Below, piece after piece: positions 52,342-64,000 of a stretch of 64,000 bases of DNA (its first letter is position 1; each line of letters starts with the position of its first letter). The stretch lies in assembly GCF_006345805.1 (NCBI RefSeq), contig NC_043001.1:120590001-120654000 (forward strand), given 5' to 3'. The notes below the pieces were generated by a model. The model worked only from the letters and a program-made list of their open reading frames with translations. It was not told the origin of the DNA and made no database searches. Source of the DNA: Octopus sinensis (Eukaryota). A program made the position numbers and the translations under genes.

Positions 52342-52530
52342 AAGGCAGTTAGCTGGCGGAATGGTTAGCACACCGAGCAAAATGTTTAGCGGCATTTCAT
52401 CCATTTTTAAGTTCAAATTCGGCTGAGATCGACTTTGCTTCTCGTCCTTCGGGGGTTGATAAAATAAGTACCAGTCGAGCAATGGGGTCCTAAGCCTTCC
52501 CCGAAATTGCTGGCTTTGTGTCATAACATG
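52342..52530 (+). mobile_element. tRNA-derived SINE (ggcggcgagctggcag family)
   Basis: Homology to 53610-53830 and 57115-57335. Confidence 0.75.
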
Positions 52531-53403
52531 AAAGCAATAACTGGGCTGCGATCACAGAAGGATTTTAGTCGATTTTATCAACAATAGTACTTTGTATAGA
52601 ACTTATTGTATCGATTTATTATCGACACTAGATAAGGAGAAAGTCTACTTAGTCCTTACGGAGTGTAAACGTTGCACATCGAAATAACTGCAAAGTATTT
52701 TCGTTCGACGAGCCGATATATGTTTTATCATCGACATCGGTGTATATATGCACACAGCGAAGAGCATACTTTCAAAACCAGTTATATGCTTTTGAGTAAT
52801 TGTTTGAAACAACAACTAGAATATATCTGATTTTGATTGGAAGGCTAAGATTCGCCTACTGTCTATATGGCATCTATTCCAGTTTGTCTGGAAAAAATTT
52901 CACGTGCGTGAAGCCAACAGATTGAAGACTGTGTTTTAATGGTTATCATGAAATCGACAAAATTTGCACTTATACCGCTTTTGAAAGTAAGCTCCTCATT
53001 ATGTACTTTCCCGTGCTTGTACGCATCGCGCGTATGTTTATTATACTCATTAGCCTTCAATAATACGTTGGTCTACGATTCACCCTTACGCAATTAGAGA
53101 ACAATTACATCAAATCAAGCCTCGTGGATGACACCTGCCGCATGGGAAAAGCGAGAGCGGGTGATCTTTCGTATGGGGTGGGTGTGGATACCTGTAAGTA
53201 TGTGACTATATACGATCAAACATGATGCTTACTTAAGAGAAGAAATCTAATGACATCGCGTTGCGGGTACTAGAATTCATTTATAAATAATTGCAAACAG
53301 AGTAAAAACAAACATCGCGGAACATCATTTGATTAACTTCTACCGACAATAATGTAATAGTAGCAAAAGTAACAGGCGAAACACAACTCTACCAGCCCCA
53401 AGT

Positions 53404-53459
53404 TTGAACTGACGGAGGAAAATAACGCCTACGGGCGTTACTTTCCTCCGCCAGTTCAA
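53404..53459. other. Isolated 26-bp-stem hairpin with a TACG loop
   Basis: ttgaactgacggaggaaaataacgcc-tacg-ggcgttactttcctccgccagttcaa: 24 of 26 pairs are Watson-Crick. Confidence 0.95.
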
Positions 53460-53609
53460 CCGAGCATGAGTAAGTTACAATGTCATCAACTGATACTACT
53501 TGACACATTCTATATGTCCCTCAGAAAGTACCGTTTATGAGGTCATTCCATGATGTGCTGATATCCCCCAAAAACATATGCATGCAAGATAAACACCGCC
53601 ACCGACGAC

Positions 53610-53830
53610 AGGCGGCGAGTTGGCAGAATCGTTAGCACGCCGGGCGAAATGCGTAGCCGTATTTCGTCTGCCGTTACGTTCTGAGTTCAAATTCCGCCGA
53701 GGTCGACTTAGCCTTTCATCCTTTCGGGGTCGATAAATTGAGTACCAGTTACGCACTGGGGTCGATATAATAGACTTAACCCGTTTGTCTGTCCTTGTCT
53801 GTCCTCTCTGTGTTTAGCCCCTTGTGGGTA
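53610..53830 (+). mobile_element. tRNA-derived SINE, apparently full length
   Basis: A box TGGCAGAATCG, B box GAGTTCAAATTCC and core ttcatcctttcggggtcgataaa. Confidence 0.85.
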
Positions 53831-54542
53831 GTAAAGAAATAGATATATGCATATGAATGTATTTTGTGTGGAAGAGTAAGTTGTATGTATTTGTCGCTAT
53901 ACATACGCTTTTTACAAGTGTGTGAGTGCATGCGTATGTGTGTGTATACATGTATTTACATAAATATATGCGAGTGTGTATGTGTGTGTGTGTGCCCGTG
54001 TGTGTGTCAGGTGCTTGTGAGATCTTTCATGAGTATTACTGGTACCATGGAATCCAGTACAACTTGTTGCATAGTAGCGTTTGGGTTGGTTAAACTGGCA
54101 CTCCCTGAAATCTTCTGTGTGCGAAACTTATTGTTAAATTCAGCTCAATTGGATTTATAATACTGTGTGGTATAAATAGAAATATATCCCACTCAGTTGG
54201 CAAAGTGCTTGTCTCTTTTGTTGCTTTTTTCTGGTGTATAAATTCTTAGACGATGTATCTATCTATCCATCTATCTCTCCATATATGTGTGTGTGTGTAC
54301 GTATGTATGTATGTATGTATGGATGGATGGATGGATGGATGGATGGATGGATGGATGGATGGATGGGTGGATTGATGGATGGATGGAGGAAATGAGATGA
54401 CAAATGAATGATCGACCATCCTATCAACTTTATTAGCTTACAGCTGTTTCTGTTATAAGTTGCAGTGGACACATTGCTGAATGCCTCATTACTTGATCGG
54501 GTCCGCAAATATAAAGTGCAATATATTCGGGAAAAGATTTAC

Positions 54543-54599
<57 letters not shown>

Positions 54600-54647
54600 A
54601 ACTCCATTGTCTCCCGATACAGAAAGGATGCCAACAACAATATATAT

Positions 54648-54685
<38 letters not shown>

Positions 54686-55314
54686 AGAAAAAGCATTACT
54701 AATAAAGCAAACACCTATGTAGGGGATGGAAACTAGGGGGTCTCTCTCAAAGATAGAGTAGGAAGAAAATGAGTATATCCAGATTTGGATAAAGAACAGT
54801 TAAAAAAATGTATACACGCACACACATACATATATACACATACATATATATACATACATATACATACACTTACGTACATATGTATTATGTATGTGTGTGT
54901 GTGTGTATGCATACACGTATATGGTTGTATATATAAATATATGTGCGTATGTATGTATGTGTGTATGTCTGTTTGTGTGAGTGCGTGTGTGAGTGTGTTC
55001 GTGCATTAAAAAACACAGCAAGGAAAGAGAAAAGAAAACGTATGTGCGCACGTATGTATGCTTTACTGTGGTGGTAGTGGTGAATAGTATTTGCGGAGGT
55101 GAAATTCTCGAAGATAATCAACGAAATTATCTGATATTCTTGTTCCGGCAGATCTCTAATATAGGAATTTTCAACCTACTCAATGGGAGCTGATGAGTGT
55201 GGGGTCTGAACTATTTCGATATAATTCTGAATAATATTACATTTTCCCCCTCTCCTCACACTAGCACACTTTGGTTTACCACACATGCAACAGAACTAAC
55301 AGGATTATAATATG

Positions 55315-55380
<66 letters not shown>

Positions 55381-55736
55381 CGTGTTTCTGAATGTGGGTA
55401 TGTATAAAAATAACACACAACGCACGTAGCTTTAATAACGGTTATTTGATATACTTATTTCAGGATTTTCTCATACGCATACACACACACACACTGTGTT
55501 CATTATAGAAATAAATATCGTATATTTTTTCGTACAAAGCTCTATCAAAAGCTCCTGCAAATTGCTCAATAAACGTGAAAGGAATACAGGTTTAGACTTC
55601 AGGTATAATTTATTAAGATGACCCAACGTGAACGTCATCTTGAAAAGGAAGTCAAATTCTATTACGAGTGGGTGTATGCGCGTATATATTCTTTTATTCG
55701 TTTGTTCTTTTATTCGTTTGTTCTTTTATTCGTTTG

Positions 55737-56493
55737 TTCTTTTATTCTTTCACTTGTTTCACTCATTTGACTGCGGCCATGCTGGAGCACATCTTTGAAG
55801 GTTTTAGTCTAAAAAATCGACCCCAGGATTTGTGTTTTTAAGCCTAGTTCCTATTCTATCGCTCTCTAATGTCGAATGATAAGTTACGAGGTGGTAAACA
55901 CACCAACACCGGTTGTGAAGCGGTAACCGGAGTACAAACTCAGGCACAAAGACACACACACACACACATGGGTATATACATATACATATAATTATATTAG
56001 AGTGTACACGAAGCACCAGCTTCTTAGAGAGTGGAAGTAAAAACTCCCAGCTTAACCACCAATTTTGCACTGAAAATATGTAAGGAACCACCAGAAATCG
56101 GACAAACAAGTGGAATTTTATTTCAGCTAGTTAGATTTGCCGCTGACGATAATAATAATATCTTTACGAATATTTATTTTGAATATTTACTTATTCTTAT
56201 ATATATATTATGTTTTGATTTGTTTTGAATTTGGCGCTGGACTATTCAAGACGTAACGGATTCCAACGAGGCGAGATAGATTTTTTCCATTTTAGGTACA
56301 GCAAGACCCGCTGAAGAGAATTGAGATATTATCCAGAATTCGAAATACATATAGATATATATATGTTTATGTCTACCAAATCTACCTATTTTGCTCGCCC
56401 CTAGGCTATAGTAGACATTCGCCCAAAGCGCCACGCAGTGGAACTGAACCCGCGACCATGTGATTGGGAAGCAAGCTTCTTACCACACAGCCA
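55737..56493 (-). mobile_element. SINE pieces of the 3781 family (tail 55737-55985, head 56373-56493)
   Basis: gactgcggccatgctggagcac tail and gcttcttaccacacagcca head. A 16-bp x3.7 tandem expansion lies at 55689-55747. Confidence 0.7.
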
Positions 56494-56509
56494 TACCTGA
56501 TATATATAT

Positions 56510-56567
<58 letters not shown>

Positions 56568-56975
56568 CGACAGACATATATATGTGTGTATATATATATA
56601 TATACATACATTTTATATACATATACATACATTATATATACATGTATATACACACGCATACACACTGTGTGTGTGTGTGTGTGCGTGCGTGCGCATGTGT
56701 GACAAGTGCAAATGCAAAAAACTCACCACTTTTTTGTAAATTATATTTTTGGCATTTATTCCTTTTTCTTTTCTGAATCTGGAAGAAAGTAGTGAGCCTA
56801 CGAGCGTTGCAGTCTTTCAGTCACTGGTGAGTCTGCTGCCGTTTAATCTGTGGCAATTACATCAGCAGGAAAGACATTCTTCCGACTTTCGGTCTCATCA
56901 CCACCAATTACAATCGAACGTGTTAAACATGACTTTACACTGTTTATAGATGTACACATAAATGTGTGCGTGTGC

Positions 56976-57033
<58 letters not shown>

Positions 57034-57114
57034 CAAATAATACTTATAGAATCCATTCAGCCACACGTGAAAAAAATTCACTCTACTTACAGCCTTTCAA
57101 TATTTATTCATTTG

Positions 57115-57335
57115 AAGGCGGCGAGTTGGCTGAATGGTTACGGTGCCGAGGACAATGCTTAGTGACATTTCGTCCATCTTTACGTTCTGAGTTCAAGTTT
57201 CGCCGGGGTCTGCTTTGCTTTTCATCCTTTCGAGGGTCGATAAAATAAGTACCATTTGAGCACTACGGGGCCTACGTAATCGACTTACACTTTCCTCCGA
57301 AATAGCTGGTATTGAACCAAAATTTTGAAACCAAT
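57115..57335 (+). mobile_element. tRNA-derived SINE
   Basis: Homology to 53610-53830. Confidence 0.8.
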
Positions 57336-58006
57336 ATATATTCAATTTGCGAATATATACGATTAAATCCAGGAAGCAGAGAGATTGCTTCTTAGAATTT
57401 TGTGAGAATGTTGTTAGGGTTATGATTCATTGTGAGAGGTGTCTGTCAATTCTATCGCATTGACGTCAGAAGACGTTCTGACGCAGCGGCTTTGCGTCTT
57501 GAAACAAGCCAGAATGGGGAGCGGTGAAGGTGAACGATGAAATCGATAGATACATACTTATTTCTGTTTGCGTGTATGTATTTATGAATATATGTATGTA
57601 TATAAATGTGTGCATGTATGTATATGCATACACGTATATACACACACGCACGCACATACATATGTATATATTTAAACATATACACATACAAATATGTACA
57701 CGAACATAATATGCTAACACATTTATATATATATATATACACACATATACATATACACATATATGTGTGTGTATATATATATATGTATATGTATATGCAT
57801 GTATATATATATATGTGTGTGTGTGTGTGTACATAAATATATATATATATATTTATACATGCATATATATATATATAAATATATAAATATATATACCTTT
57901 GCATGTGCACACACACAATGCGTGTTTTTCGTTATGTACACGTGTCTATATCTATGTCTATGTATATATAAGCATAGACAACAGTGTCTGTAAGTTTATA
58001 AACATG

Positions 58007-58039
<33 letters not shown>

Positions 58040-58216
58040 GGTATATATTCAAAGAGCAATAAAGATTCAAGTTAATTTAAAAAATTTACTTGAATATGGT
58101 ACCTAACTTAGATGCACCAAAAAAAACTATACTGATTTAACAATACAGTAATGTGGGGTGATTATAAGCGAGAAAGAAGCAACATTCTTGTTGCTTCTTT
58201 CTCGCTTATATATAGG

Positions 58217-58263
<47 letters not shown>

Positions 58264-58291
58264 GGTATATATATATATATAGGTATATTAT

Positions 58292-58341
<50 letters not shown>

Positions 58342-58500
58342 ATATATATAGTGTATATATATATGTGTATGTATAGGTATATCTATATGTGTATGTATCT
58401 ATGTTTATAAATGTGTGTATGTGTTTGTTTGAGTATGTAAACATAACAGCATCTGTACATACATGTAATGTATATGTGTATATACCTATACATTTATCTA

Positions 58501-58531
<31 letters not shown>

Positions 58532-60330
58532 CGGCACATACTCACAAAGAGTGAGTGAAAGGAAGAGAACACAGAATATAATGTAATATGAAAAACAATG
58601 AAGAAACATAATAAATAAATGAATAAATAAACAGAGAAAATGGAAGCATTAGGGATATGAGTGGTGGTGGTGGTGGTGGTGGTGGTGGTCGTGTCGTCGT
58701 CGTCGTCGTCATTTTCGTGGTTGTAGCCGTGGTTAAATTTAGCGAAAGATAAAAGAGTGACAAAAGGAAGCGAATAGTAGAATTATAGAATTGAAACAAC
58801 AGTGAATAGAATACGATATTAATTGTGGACATGGTAAGAGAGATGAAGCGTCTGAATATAAAATAAAGTAAAATCGTTTGAGCAGAGAAAAGAAGCAACA
58901 GAATAAAAAGAAAATGGCGGCTACGGAGGAAATAAGTTGGAAATAATTTTAATACGTTATTCACCTGAATTATTTATGGGCTTTTTTCTAACTCTAATTT
59001 ATCATTTACTTATATATTTTACAGTAATTTCCATTTTATTTTTGGAATATTTCCTGTTCTTTATCTTAAGAATTTATAACCAGCAGGAATGGTTGAAGGA
59101 AATGTAAATAATAATATTAAAAAGAAAGTAATACAGATGCCTTGTTATTTAATCTATCTACCGAGATAGCCATCTATCGATGTTGTTATATGTCTTTCTA
59201 ACTACCTTAATGCGAATATTCGCATTAGCATCATGAACGATAAAAACACTTGAAGCCATTAGAATCTACGATGATTTTTAGTTTGTAAAAAGATTTTTAC
59301 TGTTCTTGTATATGTTGTCGTTGGTGATTTTACGCTTGTGTTGTTGTTGTTGTTGTTGTTATTGTTGTTTTTATTTTTTGATGTTTTGTTATTGTTTCCC
59401 AGGGCCCTCGATGTTGACTGTGTATCTGCATATGTATGAGCTGGTCTGACCAAGTTGTTTTTGAGAAAGACAAGCAATTACCCATACATGAAATATCTCC
59501 CCTTCTCTACGCCGCCACTATTATTCAACTAAAAGGTTTCCAACTGGAGCAAATGCAACTTGGGACCAATGTCGTCGCAGATGTTGCTGTCAGAGCCAAA
59601 ACAAATACGCAAGGCATCTTGTCCCATCCTTCAGGAGTTCGGTCAACCCGTTGCCCTAGACTGGTACATTTTTATCGACCTCGAATGGGTGAACGACAAA
59701 GTTGACTTCAGCGGTATTTAAATGCAGATCACAGTGAGTCGGAACAAATACCATCAGATATTGAATTCAACGTTCTAATGAGTCTGTCGATTCACTGTCT
59801 ATCGCCACTGTATCATCTGGCTGCAAATGTGTGTGGAAAATAAATTCCGAGAGACTCTGAAGATAAAACATCTAAAAAATGCATTCTGCGCCAATCTCTC
59901 TGTTTTTTTTTATCTCTTAGTCAAGAGGGAATGCAGTGCCCCTGACCGTCTCAGTGTAACCGAGACTGGTGAGAGTAAAGGAGGAAAGTATTTTCAAATC
60001 AGTGCCCAATCCCGAATGCTTTCAACAGAGTGAAAGGTCCCCAAGACACCGGCTGGAGGTGTTAACCCAGTCGTTGGCGAGAGCTAGCTTTGCCTTACAC
60101 TGCTGACACTGGTTCTGCTTAAGAACTACGATAAGACTACATATGACTGTGGAATATTCGGCTACTTATACGCTAAGTAGGCCGTTGAGTTGGTAGATTA
60201 TTTTAAAACATTCATCGTCGAAAGTAATGGAGATCCACTTTTTACCATTTAAGTTCTAAGTCCAAACTTGATGATGGTTTGAGTCTTTAGGAGGCCGATA
60301 AACGTGGTACTAAGCATGCTACACTCACAT

Positions 60331-60370
<40 letters not shown>

Positions 60371-60599
60371 AGACACGCACACAAGTTTTGTGGAAGTATT
60401 AGAAAAGGAGGATGGCTGTGAATGTGTAAGAAAAGGAATTTGTCCGTGTTTAGAGATAGGTATATGAGAGAGCGGTGTGTGTGTGTGTGTTGGTGTTTTG
60501 GGAGTGTGGATATGAGTGCAGAAGTGTGCAAATGCGGAAGTGTAAAGGCATGAGTTGGTAGCGGTATGAAGTGTTGGTTTATGTGTGTAATCGCTAAGT

Positions 60600-60840
60600 G
60601 TGCGTAACGTACGGGCCGGTTTCCCGGTTTCCCGGTTTTCATGGTGTATACATTCCCCAGCTGGATGAGACGCCAGTCCATCGCGGGGTTACTCATATTT
60701 GCCAGCTGAGTGGACTGGAGCTGCGTTAAATGAAGTGTTTTGCTCAAGAACACAATGCGTCGCCCACTCCAGGAATCGAAACCACAATCTTACGACCATA
60801 AGCTCAACACCCTAACTACTAAGCCACGTGCCTTCACAAT
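60600..60840 (-). mobile_element. tRNA-derived SINE
   Basis: Minus-strand head cgtggcttagtagttag...gtttcgattcc and tail gggaaaccgggaaaccggccc. Confidence 0.75.
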
Positions 60841-61629
60841 TGCTGTGGTAGCTGTGATGGAAGTGTATGCAAGGGTATGGGTGTGAGATGCTGGTAACAG
60901 AATGAAGTTATGAACGGAGGAGCGAAAGTGGGAGTAAAGATGTGAGCTCAAGAAGAGAATGGTGGGGGGTGAGGAGGTGTGAGGGTGTGTGTGTGGGGGG
61001 GGTGACAGAGAGATAGTGAGAGAGAGAGAAAGCTAATGAGTTTGTAGCAGGTGTGAAGGGCAGCTGTCAAGTAAAGTAGGAGTGTCGGAGAGACAAGTGT
61101 GTCAGTGTGTGAGAGTTCGTATGTATAAATGAGCAAGAGTATGTCTCTGTGTGTATGTGTGTATATATGAGTGTGTGTAGAGGGAGGCGTGCATTATTTT
61201 GCCGGTGTATTGATGGCGTGGTATGTGTGTATGCGTGCCAGAGACAAAATGGTAGGAGAATGGTGACAGATGTGTGTATGTGTGGAGATATACTTGGGCG
61301 AATATTAAGACCAAATTCGTATATATCAAGAGGACAGTGTGTTTGGATACGTGTGAACGTGCTGGTCGATGTGGGCGTAAAAGATGGTTGAAAACCTCAG
61401 AATTGTGTATGTATGTGTGTAAATAGGAGCTGTGAAGGTGTGTAGAAAGGTGGTGAGACGAAGCATGTGTGTATGTGAAAACAGTGTTGATGAGTTAAGG
61501 ATGTATACGTGACTGTAAGGGTAGTTTGGTGTAGGATATGCGAATAAAGTGCACGGAGCGACGTGGAAGAGAGGCAAAGAAAAACAGAGCAATGTATGTA
61601 TAGTGACAGAGCATGCAGGGAGAAAAATA

Positions 61630-61960
61630 AGAAGAATTAAGGCGTATAAGCTTGCAGAGAGGAGATGAGCTCTTGTTCCCGCTGGAGGCGAGTGATGGTG
61701 GTTCCGGCGTCGATAGCCATGCTGAAGACAGGGGTGTGTTGGATGGTGGAAACAGGGTGGCAAGGTGGTAGGTAAAAGAAAAGGAGCGCAGTAAGTGAGA
61801 TTCCGGACGTGGGGTAAAAGGGATGAGGTACTAACAATGGTACGGGTGCAGGAAGGAGTAACTTGGATAAGGGTGCGTAAGTAACCACATCGAATAACTA
61901 CGCCATATATTGAGCATAGACCTTGAAGTCGTAGATACCATTGCAGAGGCATTGGAGACG
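61630..61960 (-). mobile_element. Degenerate Penelope-like endonuclease C-terminal remnant within a CA-rich element
   Basis: ...GTTITRLQREQELISSLQAYTP resembles the R-x3-E-x2-LI-x2-L-x4-P end of PLE GIY-YIG domains. No GIY/YIG motifs are seen. Confidence 0.35.
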
Positions 61961-62231
61961 GAGGAAAAACTGGAAACGTGGGGATGGAGCACTCACTGTG
62001 AGTAGGTTGCGAGGAGGTAAGTCGCGGTAGGAAAAGAACTCAAGGTAGAAGAGAAAGTCAAGACATAGGTTAGAGTTGGTGAGTTTCTCTTACATGTAAA
62101 ACATGGGTATATGTGCTTGTGCGCGCGCGTTGTATGTATTTATGTATGTGTCTGTGTGCGAGTATGCGCATGCTCATGTATGGAAGTAGATAGATAGATA
62201 GAGAGAGAGAGAGGTAAATAGATAGAGGAAG

Positions 62232-62312
<81 letters not shown>

Positions 62313-62823
62313 TGGATAGATAGTTAGATAGACAGACAATCCACATGTAAACTCATTTTTTTCGCTGGTTTCAGCCTGTTCACCGTGGTCATGCTGGAGC
62401 ACTGTTCCAGTGAATATTGTGGCAAATAAATTGATAATAATGCTAATTTGGCAACGTGGCTGAAGAGTTCCATGGAAATGCGTAGGATGCAGATTGAAAT
62501 GCCAGTTGGTGGGTGAAGGTAGACATTGAATAGGATAGTGTAGGAAGCTAGTTGAAGCAGGGGGGGGGTTGTGAATGGAGAAAGAAATTAAATGGAATAC
62601 AACAACACTACTAATTTCTTCCAACAGTGAAATTGAAGAATTTGCTTCAATAGCGACAATGCAAACTAAAAAGAAATTTAAATAATTGCAGAGAGAATGT
62701 AAAACAATGAATGGGAAGAAAGAACGAAAAAAAAAAAAGAAACAGAAAGACGGATGGAAAGAAAAAAAAGAAACTGTGAAAGAAATCAAAGAATACCTAG
62801 TTAACTTAGCTAGTTATCTAACA

Positions 62824-63019
<196 letters not shown>

Positions 63020-64000
63020 TTCTTTATTAGCCACGCAGGGCCGAATACAGAGGGGACAATACAATGTGGAACTTTTCTTTTCGAAAGAGAAAAAAAAACA
63101 CTATCAAAAGGGATCGAAAGCGTTTAGGAACGTGTAAACAGCGAAATAACAACGTTCCGTTTATAATAGTTTCCAAAAGGTGGACTAAAAATGTGATACA
63201 GATTAGGTCTATCCGTGGAAAGAAAAGCCTGCGAAAAAGACCACGGTAATCTCAAGCAGGGAAAGAAACACATGGGAGCAAAGCGCTCTCTCTCTCTCTC
63301 TCTCTCTCTTAGATTTACAGGATCATGCTCAAAGTGGTTTTGTCATTCGCGCATACCATCTTTGCTACATTCACCCACCTGTTATTGAAACTTTCATGAG
63401 ACAAAGCTTCCCTCTATATTCTCCCCCCCCCCTTTTCACTCCCTTTTCAAGTGGCACTTGAAAAAATTTGATGAGCGATTGGCCAAACGGAAAGTTGTTT
63501 GTCTCTAAACCTTCTCGCACGAGGACACCACACATATTCTTTCACCATAGCAACCAGTACAATGAAAACTGCCTTGCCTTCGCGGTTAAATGAAGGTGGC
63601 GGGGCAATATTCACCATAGACTCGACTGACAACCGAATTCGTCCCAGCCGTTCGACATAAGCCCACGGGTCTGAAATGTTTGGACATCCCACGAGTGCAT
63701 GCAGAACGGTTTCGCCGCTCTGACTGCATATTGAACAAGTCGGTCCCGTGTTTCTCGAACTGTGCCTGTAGAGCTTATCCCGAACGGGAAATGCCTGCTG
63801 TTAGCACTGCCAGGCCAGGGATGTTGTTTCTGTTCTTGGTGGCGCTGATATTGATGTCGTTATTTGGACTGGCTTGTTGGTCGCTGATGTTCTTTCACTT
63901 CTTGGTAGAGCTGTTTTATCAGCTGTGAATATGGTGGTGTAGGTAACAGCGCTGGTTTTTCCTTTGGTTTTTGGTTTTCATGTTGTTGTGGTTGTTTTTT
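63020..64000 (-). mobile_element. GATA-family Tx1 copy 6, internally deleted; runs off the window edge
   Basis: Family 3' end and ORF2 C-terminus to ~63822, then A/C-rich ORF1-like sequence (ttctgttcttggtg also at 43342-43355). Confidence 0.85.

Noticed and set aside
52920-53197. Two GTAAG donors and a ~68-bp intron-like segment
   Set aside because: The joined downstream segment has stops in all three frames.
57461-57483. CRE palindrome TGACGTCA plus a half site
   Set aside because: An 8-mer is expected by chance about once in 64 kb; no promoter evidence.
9994-58609. Dozens of long ORFs of YIYI, HTHT, CVCV or LSIY type
   Set aside because: Stop-free translations of (TA), (CA), (TACA) and (GATA) microsatellites, with no domain motifs.
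59208-59227. Perfect 20-bp palindrome taatgcgaatattcgcatta
   Set aside because: A single short AT-rich instance that chance or a micro fold-back can explain.

Overview
Eukaryotic, AT-rich, repeat-saturated non-coding DNA. The tRNA-headed SINE families and microsatellite load suggest an octopod cephalopod (inference; no search run). No host protein-coding exon, rRNA, true tRNA gene or CRISPR array could be supported. Most ORF-track entries are translations of microsatellites. The window is dominated by L1-clade/Tx1-type non-LTR retrotransposons, all on the minus strand. Six copies of one family have their 3' ends fused to (GATA)n arrays, and all five copies whose 5' ends are visible are also bounded by (GATA)n. 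One of these is a near full-length 5.5-kb copy with ORF1 (CCHC) and ORF2 (APE endonuclease, RT, CCHC). There is also an ORF1-only (half-LINE-like) relative inserted with a ~16-bp target-site duplication into a SINE tRNA head, and a third, multiply deleted Tx1 family. Other elements: an R4/Dong-type RLE LINE fragment at a (CATA)n array, an RTE 3' end, four mariner remnants, a MULE remnant, several MITEs, Penelope-like elements carrying minimal hammerhead-like cores, many SINEs, a 3.2-kb array of ~500-bp units arranged head-on as a giant inverted repeat between (TA)n tracts, several (TA)n-centred foldback duplications, and an isolated 26-bp-stem cUACGg hairpin.
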